Shown here one piece after another: positions 10,608-22,400 of a stretch of 64,000 nucleotides of DNA. Source of the stretch: Epithemia pelagica (Eukaryota; Protista; Bacillariophyta); NCBI GenBank assembly GCA_946965045.2, contig OX337236.1, positions 2,790,001-2,854,000 on the forward strand, written 5' to 3'. The notes under the pieces were generated by a model. It was not told the origin of the DNA, searched no databases, and saw only the letters and a list, made by a program, of their open reading frames with translations. The position numbers and the translations under genes were made by a program. Position 1 is the first letter of the stretch. Each line of letters opens with the position of its first letter.

Positions 10608-13600
10608 TCATCCAAACGAAATTTTGGATTGCAACGACGAAATTGCAATGGAAAAGGCTTGAACGGCCGTCAGGGGATGTTGAAAGTCCATGGTGAAGGA
10701 ATGTCGGCCTTGGATGCGTCCAAACTGTAACATGATATCGTCTTGATTGTTGCGATCGCACAACTGAAAATTCTTGACCGACGCCACGCTCACGCGGCCT
10801 CCAAAGTTCAAGACAAAGGATCCCAATTCCACGTTCCACCAGGGTGGACGATTTTGTAAGGCCAGTAATCCAAAGTCATTGGAATTGGTGGTGCCGGGTT
10901 CCGTGTCCTGACCACCGGCAGCACCGTCGGAAGGATCCTCGCCGCCACCACCATCGCCCAGCGGCTGTTGTGCCGGCGGTTGTTGTGGTGCTGCTACTGG
11001 AGGTTGATGGAGTGGGGCATCCCACTGTGGAGGTTCTCCCAAGGGAACTTGTTCTCCACCACCGCCTTGAGGTCGTGGTTGTTGTGGATCCAAGGCTTCG
11101 AGTCGTTGTTGCAACTGTTTAAAACAGTGCAACATGCTCGTCGTCGTCGATTGGTGATGGTGGACTTCGGTAGAGGTCTCGTCGCCTTCAGCGGCGGCCG
11201 CCGCCACTGCCGCCGTTCGTGTTTCTTCCAAATACCGTTTCCATTCAGCTCCTACCACACCACCCGGCGACACTTTGGGGATACACACATCCATGATGCG
11301 AGGACGAGATCCCAATAAATTTGCAGTATAGGTAATGACAGCATCTTCTTCTTCTACCATGACCACCTGATTCGGATTGTTGTTGCTGTTATTGTGATGA
11401 TGATGATGATGATTCTTTTTCTTTTTGTTCTTGGACCGATCGGGAGATACCGGCGATTGAGGTTCATTGGCAATGGCACGTCGATGAAGCCGTCGTGTCG
11501 TATCTTGAGGATTCAACGATGTACTGGAAGTGTTGGTGGTGGTGGCCACTGTAGGTGGCGTACTATTAGTAGCCACGGTTGTGTTGGGGGTTAGCGTCGT
11601 CGTGGTCGTCGCCGCCACCGCCGGCGCAGCCGTGGTGTTGGTGGTGGAACTGCGGGGTGCCGACCGGGACCGTCGATGATGGGAGGACGACGAACGACTC
11701 CGTGGTCGACTGCTGGGACTGGTGGTCCGTAAAAACCGACGTCCAAATCTCGAGGTACGACGCCGAGACGACGACGACAAGGTGTCGGACGCGACTCCAC
11801 TGTCATATCCTTCGTCATCCGAAGAAAACCTCAACTGCGTCGACGAAGGTGGAGGACTGGTAGTCGTCGTGGATGCGGCGGGTACAGTGCTGTCTTGGTG
11901 CAATGGTGGTGGTGGTGCAATGGTTCGAGGCCGTGGAATAAACAATTGAAATTCTGTCCCAATAAAATTCCCCTGCAAGCGTCCCATGAGTACTGGTCCT
12001 GGTTCGTCCTTACTGTTGTTACTGTTGCTGTTGCTATTGGAGGTCTCGCTCGGATGGTGGTTCGATTGTGACCGTTTCGTGTGAGTGCCACTGCTGGGTG
12101 CTCCGCTGCTATTCGTTGCGGCGGCGGCATGTTTGTGTGATTTTGTCAATGTCGTTCGTTGTTGTTGCTCCAATTCCAATTGCTGTTGTTGCTGCTGCTG
12201 CTGTTGTTGTTGCTTTCGTTGTCGTCGTCGTCGCGCTTGATAGTGTTGCCCCAGGGGTGGTGGCGGTTGCAATTGTCCCGCCGCCACGGGGGTAAATTCT
12301 GCCCCGGAAGAATTGACCTTGTGAAAATGAGCTTCGACATCTTCCAATTGTGGCATGTACAAGCCATAATTGTTGGCACCTCCCTTTTTCGAATGCGTCT
12401 TGTGGCTGGTGTTGCTATTGTGGTGGTGGTGGTGATTGTGGTTGCCACCATCCGTCGCATGCTGCAAGTGTTTGTTGCGGCCTTGATGTTTGGCCACGAG
12501 CAAGAGCAAATCTTGACGGACAAAGCCAGATGCATCCTCCTCCTCATTCTCTTGCTGCTGCTGCTGTTGTTCTCCTCCTTCCGGTGCGGATGCTGGTTCT
12601 CGATAATGTCGCAAAAAGAGTCGATATTCATAAGTGGGGAAAAAGCGTCCCTTGACGCCACCATTCTTGTGCGTCATTCGGACCCGTTCAATTTCGCATT
12701 GGACAATGCCAATGGCCTTGGGACAGGGTCGGGTGAGAAATTCCGACAATCGACTGGCGCGAGGAATGGCCGTATGGGAATCAAAGTACTGCAACAAGGC
12801 CGTATGATGAAACCAATCGTCCCAAAAATCCAACAAGGTTTCTCCAAACCCAATATAATCGGGAAAGGGCGTCACGGCCAAACAAGCGGCCAATTTTTCT
12901 TGATAGGCGGCAAACATGCGGGAGGAGGACGACGACGACGACTTGTGACTGGGAGAGTCGTCCTCACTACTAGCATTCACGGGTGATGACGACGACGACA
13001 AGACGAGAGATTCGGCCGTATAGGGTTCCAATTCGGCACTTCGCAAGGCCCATGTTAACCGGGCCGCCGAAGGGGGTATGCGAAGAGGATCAGTCGTGGG
13101 AAGGGCGGGTTCCACCAAATCGTCATTCTCATGGTCAGCAGCGGCTAAAACTGCTGCTGGCTCGTGCTCCTCCGCTCGTGGGAGACCATCTCCGGCTGCG
13201 GCGGCGGCGGCGGCCAGGGGTGGTTCCTCGTCGTCATTGGTTTCGGTCCGCACGAGGGAATTGGCGGGCAGTCGAGACGGATCCTCGTGTCGTTTCGGTC
13301 GTCGTCGTGTTGCAGTGGAATGAAAAAAGTCGGCCGCCAAATTCATGGGTGCCGGTGGCATGGTTTCGTCTTGATCGGCGACACAATAGAGGCCTTGTTC
13401 ATGTTGATCCATCAAGTGTTTGTGAATGGGAATGGAGACAATGGGCATGAGCAAGAGGGAGGACGACGACGACGAAGAAGATGCCGTTGTGCTTGTCGCT
13501 GTTGTGCGGGGACCGCCCGTTGCCCCATCATCAATTTCGTTGTCGTCGTCGTCGTCGTCGTGTTCGGCAATGCGGACCAAATCGCGTCGACGGACCAGTC

Positions 13601-14912
13601 GACGGTGGGGGGAGGAAGAGAGTTTGGTGTTGGTGGTACCGTGGGCCAATTGATGTTCCACCATGTACAAGGCCTTTTCTTCCACATAGGTGAGATCGGG
13701 ACGATAGCCTTGTTGAGCCCGAAAGGCCAAGCGTTCCAAAAAGAACGCGTCCACGACCGGAGTCGTACTGATGGTATGCGGGGTGGCATCCGTCGTCGTG
13801 CCGTCCCCGGCCGTCGGTGGTTGTTGCTGTGCGGCTACTTCGTGTTGTTGTGGTTGTTGTTGTTGTTCCTCGAGTCCTTGTTTGGCTTGCACCTTCATGC
13901 GCCAAATCAAGGTCCGATAGGCATGACCATGGCCGTGACGGGGATAAATGGGGACGCCGGCATTCAAGTAGAGGGCAGCCAATTCCTTGGCATCACTGGC
14001 TTGTCCGGCTTGCCAGGCCGTCACGACTTGGGTGGCACATTGAAAGCCATGCCACCACACGCGTTTGAGGACCGAGGCCACCACGGCGTGACCGGCCCAA
14101 CTTGTCACGCCCACGGCCAACCAATCCGACAAGGTCAAAAAGCCCGCCACGTGATGTAAGGAATCCAAGGGTAAGGATAACAAGGAAATGACAGTCTCCT
14201 CGTCGTTCTCGCGTTTTGTTTCCTGTGGCAATTGTTGTTGTTGTGGCGAATGGCTGGTAACTGTCGTTTCCCTGGCAATCGAGTCTTTCGTGCCATTCTC
14301 CGTCCGTACGGGTTTGCTGTTCGAGTGATGGTTCGAATCAACCTCCAACGACACGCGCGAGGAGGATAGTAGGAGAGGGGTGGAAGAAACACCCGTGTGG
14401 GACGAGAGGGAACGCGTCGAGGATGCCACAGTACTGGTGGACGACGAGGATCGCAGAGAAGAATTGGTGGTTGTGGCCGAATGGGTGGTGGTCAAGGAAG
14501 AGGTGGCCCGCGGCGATTGCAAGGAAAAGGGACGAGGAATGGCGGCGAGTGGAGGTGTTGCGGGCGGTTGTGGTGGTTCTTGTTGTGGTGGTGATGTCAC
14601 GGAAGAAGGACGGTTCGGAGAAGTTCTGCTGGTCGAATGATTCGCCTCGACATTCGGGTCCGCATCCGTCGTGGTGGTGGTGATGACGAGTGATTCCGGT
14701 TCGTTTTCCTCCTCCTCCTCCTTTGGGGCTTGGTGTGTGGTTGGTACGGTAGTCGATTCCACGGCTTGTGGCAACGCATCATTCTCATTCGCACTGGGAA
14801 TGGTTGTGGTTGTTGTAAGTGTGGTTGCCGTGTTGTTGTTGCTTGTTGCCTCCGCAGCAGCAGCCGTAGCATCCTCTGGCGGTGGTTGTTGTTGTGCGAC
14901 GGATTCCATCAT
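10608..14912 (-). CDS. Tubby-like protein (C-terminal Tub domain, N-terminal F-box-like motif), 1434 aa
   Basis: C-terminus LQNRPPWWNVELGSFVLNFGGRVSVASVKNFQL...LQFGR...FTMDFQHPLTAVQAFSIAISSLQSKI is a classic Tub signature. LLSLPLDSLHHVAGFL is F-box-like. Confidence 0.92.
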   Translation of the reverse strand: MMESVAQQQPPPEDATAAAAEATSNNNTATTLTTTTTIPSANENDALPQAVESTTVPTTHQAPKEEEEENEPESLVITTTTTDADPNVEANHSTSRTSPNRPSSVTSPPQQEPPQPPATPPLAAIPRPFSLQSPRATSSLTTTHSATTTNSSLRSSSSTSTVASSTRSLSSHTGVSSTPLLLSSSRVSLEVDSNHHSNSKPVRTENGTKDSIARETTVTSHSPQQQQLPQETKRENDEETVISLLSLPLDSLHHVAGFLTLSDWLAVGVTSWAGHAVVASVLKRVWWHGFQCATQVVTAWQAGQASDAKELAALYLNAGVPIYPRHGHGHAYRTLIWRMKVQAKQGLEEQQQQPQQHEVAAQQQPPTAGDGTTTDATPHTISTTPVVDAFFLERLAFRAQQGYRPDLTYVEEKALYMVEHQLAHGTTNTKLSSSPHRRLVRRRDLVRIAEHDDDDDDNEIDDGATGGPRTTATSTTASSSSSSSSLLLMPIVSIPIHKHLMDQHEQGLYCVADQDETMPPAPMNLAADFFHSTATRRRPKRHEDPSRLPANSLVRTETNDDEEPPLAAAAAAAGDGLPRAEEHEPAAVLAAADHENDDLVEPALPTTDPLRIPPSAARLTWALRSAELEPYTAESLVLSSSSSPVNASSEDDSPSHKSSSSSSSRMFAAYQEKLAACLAVTPFPDYIGFGETLLDFWDDWFHHTALLQYFDSHTAIPRASRLSEFLTRPCPKAIGIVQCEIERVRMTHKNGGVKGRFFPTYEYRLFLRHYREPASAPEGGEQQQQQQENEEEDASGFVRQDLLLLVAKHQGRNKHLQHATDGGNHNHHHHHNSNTSHKTHSKKGGANNYGLYMPQLEDVEAHFHKVNSSGAEFTPVAAGQLQPPPPLGQHYQARRRRQRKQQQQQQQQQQQLELEQQQRTTLTKSHKHAAAATNSSGAPSSGTHTKRSQSNHHPSETSNSNSNSNNSKDEPGPVLMGRLQGNFIGTEFQLFIPRPRTIAPPPPLHQDSTVPAASTTTTSPPPSSTQLRFSSDDEGYDSGVASDTLSSSSRRRTSRFGRRFLRTTSPSSRPRSRSSSSHHRRSRSAPRSSTTNTTAAPAVAATTTTTLTPNTTVATNSTPPTVATTTNTSSTSLNPQDTTRRLHRRAIANEPQSPVSPDRSKNKKKKNHHHHHHNNSNNNPNQVVMVEEEDAVITYTANLLGSRPRIMDVCIPKVSPGGVVGAEWKRYLEETRTAAVAAAAAEGDETSTEVHHHQSTTTSMLHCFKQLQQRLEALDPQQPRPQGGGGEQVPLGEPPQWDAPLHQPPVAAPQQPPAQQPLGDGGGGEDPSDGAAGGQDTEPGTTNSNDFGLLALQNRPPWWNVELGSFVLNFGGRVSVASVKNFQLCDRNNQDDIMLQFGRIQGRHSFTMDFQHPLTAVQAFSIAISSLQSKISFG

Positions 14913-16429
14913 GGCGGTGGTTTGGGAAACTCTCGTTTTGTTGTTGTTGTTGTTTGTGGATAATGATAATCAATGGAACACTCGGCACGCTTTGTTTACC
15001 GAATCAAAAACAAATCAGGAACCATCCAGTGTCGTACCCTTCATTCACACGGTTGCTTGCTTGCTTGCTGGCTTTGGGAAACGAACGGAAAAAGGAACGG
15101 AACCACACTCGAGAGAGAGAAAAACACACAACCGGTGGTGGTGTGCTTTGTCCAGTGTCTTGTTTGGATGGTTGTTCCTGTTACTGGGGCCAAAGAGAAA
15201 CAACTACTCTCTCCACAGTACCAAGAAGGACAACCCGCACTCTGCTGCTTGTGGTCTTGTGTGTTTCCACTCGGAACCGTGTGCGTGGTGATTGTCACTC
15301 TCGTTCTTGGGATTCTTGTTGTTTGGATTCGTTCTCGTGAGTGGAAGCAGACTGGAGACGGAATCGCTCGAGTCCACAAGAAGAAGAAGAGGCAAACCGC
15401 ACTGTGGAAATCCTATTCCACAAGGACTGGTACTCAAAAGCAAAAGAGAGAGAGCGAGACGAGAGCGAATGGAACCAACGAAGAGAGACAACAACATAAT
15501 AACACACCCCTAAAACATCCACGAGAACCGCGCGTTGCGCCGGGTGTTGCGCGAGACGAGAAAAAGCTGTTCTGTGTTGTGGGGCGCTCTGTGTGCCTGC
15601 CGGCGCAGGTTCGGTCGCGCGTGTGCTTCGTTGGAATTCGTCTCCTTCCATTTTTCAGCGGCCACAACAATCTTTTTCTTAAAATGTTCTATATATTGAT
15701 GAGATCCATAGACGCTCGAGAGTGTACGAAAGCGTGCGCGCGGGCAAGGACTGTCTCGGAGACGGACGGGAGTGTCCCATCCGGGACACACCAGCCCCAC
15801 GCTACACAAACACAAGAAGACAAGCGACGACGACGATGGAATAGCTAGCTACTCGACATGCTATTACCTCGATAGATGTGGTATGGCGTGTCCATTGTCC
15901 ATGCTGATCACTTCCGAAGATATAAATACTCTTCCTCTTCTGGGTACGCTCCTCCAAGGCTCTTCCACAACCAGACGCTATACTCTACGCTACTCTTTTC
16001 TAGTAGTTGGATTGGCATATCATAGTTCATGAGTTGTGTATTAGTATCATTGATCTGTAGATAGATTATGGAAATGCCGATAAATATATGGTTGTTGTTT
16101 TGGTTGGTTCGTCCCCCTCCCTGATTCTTTGGTTCACACACACATACATAATGTAACATAGAAATTGGTCAATACAATGGGAATGGGGGGACGTGTTTCT
16201 TTTTTTCTTTTTCTTTTTCTTCACAGTTCGTCGTTAGTGGGACAGTGATGGACAGTACACTAGTCCATGCACATGCATGTTATTTTGGGGTAGTGTGTAG
16301 TTTCTTTTTTTTTGTTTCAATTATTTTTCTTGTGTTTCATGGTTTGGTTCCATGTTTCGAGGTGTTGTTGTTTTGTTCGTAGTAGGAAGAGTGGTCATCG
16401 TCGTCATCCTTTCTTTTGGGTGTGTGTTA

Positions 16430-19400
16430 TTAGTTGAGGGGAACGGTGGTGCAGCACGAACACTGTTGCGCGACATCGACCGTCACTTCTTGCAAGACAC
16501 CGGTATCGGCACTCTTCAAGCGACAAATTTCTTCCATTTCTTCGGGTGTGGTGGACAATTTATTGCCATGCAAACTCAATTTTTCCAATTTCGAATACCG
16601 TCCGGCATGTTCATTGGCAAAGGAACTCACGGGGAAGGGACCGGTCAAACGGTTCCGATCCAACAAGACTTCTTGGACACGGGGCGCATTCAAGTCTTGA
16701 GGAATTTGGCCGGTAAATTGATTGCCGTCCAAATGCAACCTTTTCCATTCCATATTGCCAAAGCCCGATGGGATTTTGCCACCCAAGTCATTGTTCTCCA
16801 ACATGAGGGTGTGCAAATTGGGCGATGTCATGTCCACGGTCGGGGGGATTTCTCCCGTAAAAAAGTTGTAGGCCAAATCCAAGTACTCCATATCTTCAAA
16901 TTCCCACACAAAGGGAGGGATGGGACCCTTGAACAAGTTGAAGGAGAGGGACAGAGTGTCCAACTCGGATAGTTTCGCCAAGGAACTGGGAATGGTTCCA
17001 GTAATCAAGTTGTCCGAAAAGGTGATTTCCCACAAACTCGACATCATGGAAATTTCCGGTGGCAGAGTACCTCGCATTTGTTGGCCATAGTTTCGTAAGA
17101 TCTGGTATTGTTCGTCACGGCCACACGGATCGACACCAATCATGGTGTACCAATCACATTCGTGCAAATCGGATACCCACAATTCGCCTTCGAGCCAATT
17201 GTCACCATTGAATTCACAATACATTAGGGCCATGGTAAATCGTTGTCGGATGCGGTCTACTTCAAATTCCATAATATCCTTGCCCGTACGGAGCCATTCG
17301 CGAGCCCAATTTTGACACGTTCCTGGTACATTGATCAAGGCTCGAGTTTGCGGAGGCAGTACGGGGTCGACGGCTCCCATGATGAAGCCACAGCCGGCAT
17401 CTTGAGGACAGGGCGTGGTGGGAACAACGGGCAAATTCGGTAGCACGGCAGGTCCCCCCGTCAAGGATGGAGGGGGTGCACTGGGTTGGGCGGGAGTGGA
17501 GGAACTCGCACCCAAGACGGACGCCATCATACCCAAGGCCAACACGGACCAAACAGGAACGACAGTGCCCTTGGGTTTTTCTGGCTCGTAATCCGATGCT
17601 ACACTCTCGACGTCATCGGGAGCTGCCATGGGTTTGGGTGCCTTGCCCATTTCAGTCTCATCATCGGGTGCGGTTGCCCAGGGGGCAGCTTCTTCGTCTT
17701 GTTGTGGAACCACACGCTCCATGGTGAAGGCAGGAGCTTCTTCATCGGTGGGGCGGGCATAGTCAGGGAAGTTTCCAGCGTGACCGGGTGGTGGTTCTTC
17801 GACACCTGGTTCTTGTACAGGTGGTACGTAGGGAGTGCTTCGCTCAAAGGTGGCGGCCGGACCTCCTTCGGGGCGTCCATGCATTGGGAATTGTCCTTGG
17901 TGTCCGGGAGGAGGTTCTTCGACACCTGGTTCTTGTACCGGAGGTACATTGGGATTGGTGCGATCCCACATTGCAGCAGGTCCTTCCGGTCGTTGGTGCA
18001 TGGGGAAGGCTCCTTGATGGCCGGGAGGGGGTTCCTCCACGCCTGGTTCTTGTACAGGGGGAACATTCTGGTTTCGTTCCCACGTTGCGGCCGGTCCTTC
18101 TGGACGGGTATATCCTGGGAAGCGTCCAGCTTGATCTGGTGGTGGTTCTTCGACTGGGAAATCGCGAATTCCTGGTTCTTCCATACCAGGAATCGGTCTA
18201 TTGCGATTCCAGTCCCAGCCTGGTGTTTCAGGACGAGTGTATCCTGGGAATCTTCCAGCTTGGTCTGGTGGAGGTTCTTCGACTGGGAAATCGCGAATTC
18301 CCGGTTCTTCCATACCAGGAATTGGTCGATTGCGATTCCAGTCCCAATCTGGTGTCTCTGGTCTAGCGTATCCTGGGTATCTTCCGGCTTGGTCCGGAGG
18401 TGGTTCTTCCACTGGAAGTTCTTGTACGCCTGGTACTTCGGAGGCTGGAAGGGGTCGATTGCGGTTCCAATCCCAGCCCGGTGTGCCCTCGCCTGGTGGT
18501 TGACCTGCTGATGGTGGAAGGTTGTGCAAACCTTCGGGGGAATCAAACGTGTACGCAGAGGGCTCAACCAACCCAGGGATTGGTCGGTTGCGGTTCCAAT
18601 CCCAGGCAGGATAGTCTTCAGGGTTGATGGCTTTTCCATCGGGAGTTGTGATTTCACCGTTCGGCCCAACGTCATATTCCACTGGGTACGGTCCCTGGCT
18701 GCCTGGAACTGGTCGATTGCGATTCCAGTCCCAAGAAGGATAGTCTTCAGGCTTGATGTTCGAGGAAGAAGGAGTGAGGACTTCACCATCTGGACCAATA
18801 GAATATTCAACAGGGAAGGGGCTTTGTACTTCAGGGATTGCTCTGTTTCTATTCCAATCCCATTCTGGGTAGTCTTCCTTATTTACTTGAGTTCCATCTG
18901 GTAGTTCCACTTCGCCGTTGGGACCAAGAGTATACTCGATCGGAGCAGGTCCGCGGGAGCCTGGGATCGGGCGATTGCGGTTCCAGTCCCATCCAGGGTA
19001 GTCTTCGGGTTTGATCACAGTGCCGTCAGGCATTGTTACATCGCCATTGGGAGCAGTATCATACTGAACAGGGAATGGTTTGCCAGATCCAGGCACTGGA
19101 CGATTACGGTTCCAATCCCACATGGGAGGATTCTCTGGTTCTTGCGGGGATGGAATGGAATTAGCAATATTTTCAGGAGGTGGTCCATTGTCATATTCCA
19201 CCGGAGTTGGCTTCTCAAAGCCAGGTACTGGACGATTGCGGTTCCAGTCCCAAGCAGGATAGTCTTCTGGATTAATCCTTCGCCCATCTGGTCGCTCGAT
19301 GTCACCATTTGGTCCAATTTCATACTCGACAGGGAACGGGCCCTCCGAACCAGGAACAGGACGATTGCGGTTCCAATCCCAAGATGGATAGTCCTCGGGG

Positions 19401-22400
19401 TTAATCTTGGATCCGTCTGGTCGCAAGACGTCTCCATCAGGGCCAATCGAATATTCGACAGGGAATGGACTTTCAGTTCCAGGTACAGCCCGATTGCGAT
19501 TCCAGTCCCATGAAGGATAATCCTCTGGGTTGATTTTTTCTTTAGTGTACGGTAGGAATGGCGTTCCATCAGGTGCCATTGCATATTCAACAGGTGCTGG
19601 ACCTCGTGTTCCTGGAATTGGTCGATTTCGACTCCAATCCCAGCCGGGATAGTCCTCGGGATTAATTGTCGAACCGTCGGGCCTCGTTATATCGCCATTT
19701 GGTCCAACTTCATAGTCCACTGGGAAAGGCTTTCCAGAATCTGGAAGAGGTCTATTCCGGTTCCAATCCCACATGGGAGGATTCTCTTGTTGTTCCTTGG
19801 TAGGTGGGACAGAGTTGACAAAATCATTGGAAGGAGCCATGTCATAATCATAAGGAGTTGGATTATCAAGGCCAGGTGAAGGTCGATTACGGTTCCAATC
19901 CCATCCTGGATAGTCTTCTGGGTTAATCTCACGACCGTCGGGTCGCTCAATGTCTCCATTGGGTCCAATTTCATACTCGACAGGGAAAGGGCCCTCCGAG
20001 CCTGGAACAGGACGATTGCGGTTCCAGTCCCACGAGGGATAGTCCTCGGGGTTAATCTTAGATCCATCTGGTCGTAAGACGTCTCCATCCGGTCCAATCG
20101 AATATTCGACAGGGAATGGACTTTCAGTTCCAGGCACGGCTCGATTGCGATTCCAATCCCATTCTGGGTACTCCTCTGGGTTAATCTTCTTGCCGGATGG
20201 CGTCTCGAATTGGCCATCCGGTCCCATTGTGTATTCAATAGGCGCAGGTCCGTGGGAACCTGGAATTGGTCTATTGCGACTCCAGTCCCATCCTGGATAG
20301 TCTTCGGGCTTCAAAACCTTGCCATCGGGCTGCAAAAATTCACCATTGGGTCCCATCTCATACTCAACTGGATATGGCTTGTCTGATGTAGGAATGGGAC
20401 GGTTGCGGCTCCAATCCCAGGCCGGAGGATTTTCTCGTTTCTTTTCCGGAGGAATGGAATTCACAAAGTCGCCATCTGGGCCATTCTCAAATTCCATGGG
20501 AGAAGGCTTCTCAAAGTCTGGTAATGGACGGTTGCGACTCCAATCCCATCCTGGATAGTCCTCTGGGTTAATAGTAGTGCCGTCGGGTCGAGTGATCTCA
20601 TTATTTGGACCGTTCTCATATTCGACTGGATAGGGTCCATCAGAACCTGGAACAGGACGATTGCGGTTCCAATCCCAAGATGGATAGTCCTCGGGGTTAA
20701 TCTTTGATCCATCTGGTCGCATGACTTCACCATCAGGTCCAATCGAATATTCGACAGGAAATGGACTTTCAGTTCCAGGTACGGCCCGATTGCGATTCCA
20801 GTCCCATTCGGGATAATCCTCTGGGTTAATCTTCTTGCCGGTTGGAGTCTCGAATTGGCCATCCGGTCCCATTGTGTATTCAATAGGAGCAGGTCCGTGG
20901 GAACCTGGAATTGGTCTATTGCGACTCCAGTCCCATCCTGGATAGTCTTCGGGCTTCAAAACCTTGCCATCGGGTTGCAAAAATTCACCATTGGGTCCCA
21001 TCTCATACTCAACTGGATATGGCTTGTCCGATGTAGGAATGGGGCGGTTGCGGCTCCAGTCCCAGCTCGGGGGATTTTCCCGTTTCTTTTCCGGAGGAAT
21101 GGAATTCACAAAGTCGCCATCTGGACCATTCTCAAATTCCATGGGAGAAGGCTTCTCAAAGTCTGGTAATGGACGGTTGCGACTCCAATCCCATCCTGGA
21201 TAGTCTTCTGGGTTAATAGTAGTTCCGTCAGGTCTTGTTAGCTCATCATTTGGACCGTTCTCATACTCGACTGGATAGGGTCCGTCGGAACCTGGAACAG
21301 GACGATTGCGGTTCCAATCCCACGATGGATAGTCCTCAGGATTGATCTTAGATCCATCTGGTCGCATGACTTCACCATCAGGTCCAATCGAATATTCGAC
21401 AGGAAATGGACTTTCAGTTCCAGGTACGGCCCGATTGCGATTCCAGTCCCATTCGGGATAATCCTCTGGGTTAATCTTCTTGCCGGTTGGAGTCTCGAAT
21501 TGGCCATCCGGTCCCATTGTGTATTCAATAGGAGCAGGTCCGTGGGAACCTGGAATTGGTCTATTGCGACTCCAGTCCCATCCTGGATAATCTTCGGGCT
21601 TCAAAACCTTGCCATCGGGTTGCAAGAATTCACCATTGGGTCCCATTTCGTACTCCACAGGGTACGGCTTGTCAGATGTAGGAATGGGTCGATTACGGCT
21701 CCAGTCCCAACTAGGAGGATTATCGCGCTTCTTTGGCTTTTGGGGATCTACATATTCATTTTCCGGTCCATCCAAGTACTTGAGGTTTTGTGGACTGGGC
21801 ACATTGTGTTCTGGAAGCGGACGGTTGCGACTCCAATCCCAACCAGGATAGTCTTCTGGGTTAATAGTAGTTCCGTCAGGTCTTGTTAGCTCATCATTTG
21901 GTCCGTTCTCGTATTCGACTGGATAGGGTCCATCAGAACCAGGAACCGGACGATTGCGGTTCCAATCCCACGATGGATAGTCCTCAGGATTGATCTTAGA
22001 TCCATCTGGTCGCATGACTTCACCATCAGGTCCAATCGAATATTCGACAGGAAATGGACTTTCAGTTCCAGGTACGGCCCGATTGCGATTCCAGTCCCAT
22101 TCGGGATAATCCTCTGGGTTAATCTTCTTGCCTCTTGGAGTCTCGAATTGGCCATCCGGTCCCATTGTGTATTCAATAGGAGCAGGTCCGTGGGAACCTG
22201 GAATTGGTCTATTGCGACTCCAGTCCCATCCTGGATAATCTTCGGGCTTCAACACTTTTCCGCTGGGTTGAATGAATTCTCCATTGGGACCCATTTCGTA
22301 CTCCACAGGGTACGGCTTGTCAGATGTAGGAATGGGTCGATTACGACTCCAGTCCCAACTAGGAGGATTATCGCGCTTCTTTGGTGGGATTGAGTTGACA

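Noticed and set aside
12159-14159. Several 150-330-aa ORFs opposite or overlapping the Tubby gene (and similar ones over the other genes)
   Set aside because: They are shadow frames of trinucleotide-repeat-rich coding DNA (poly-V/L/C/R).
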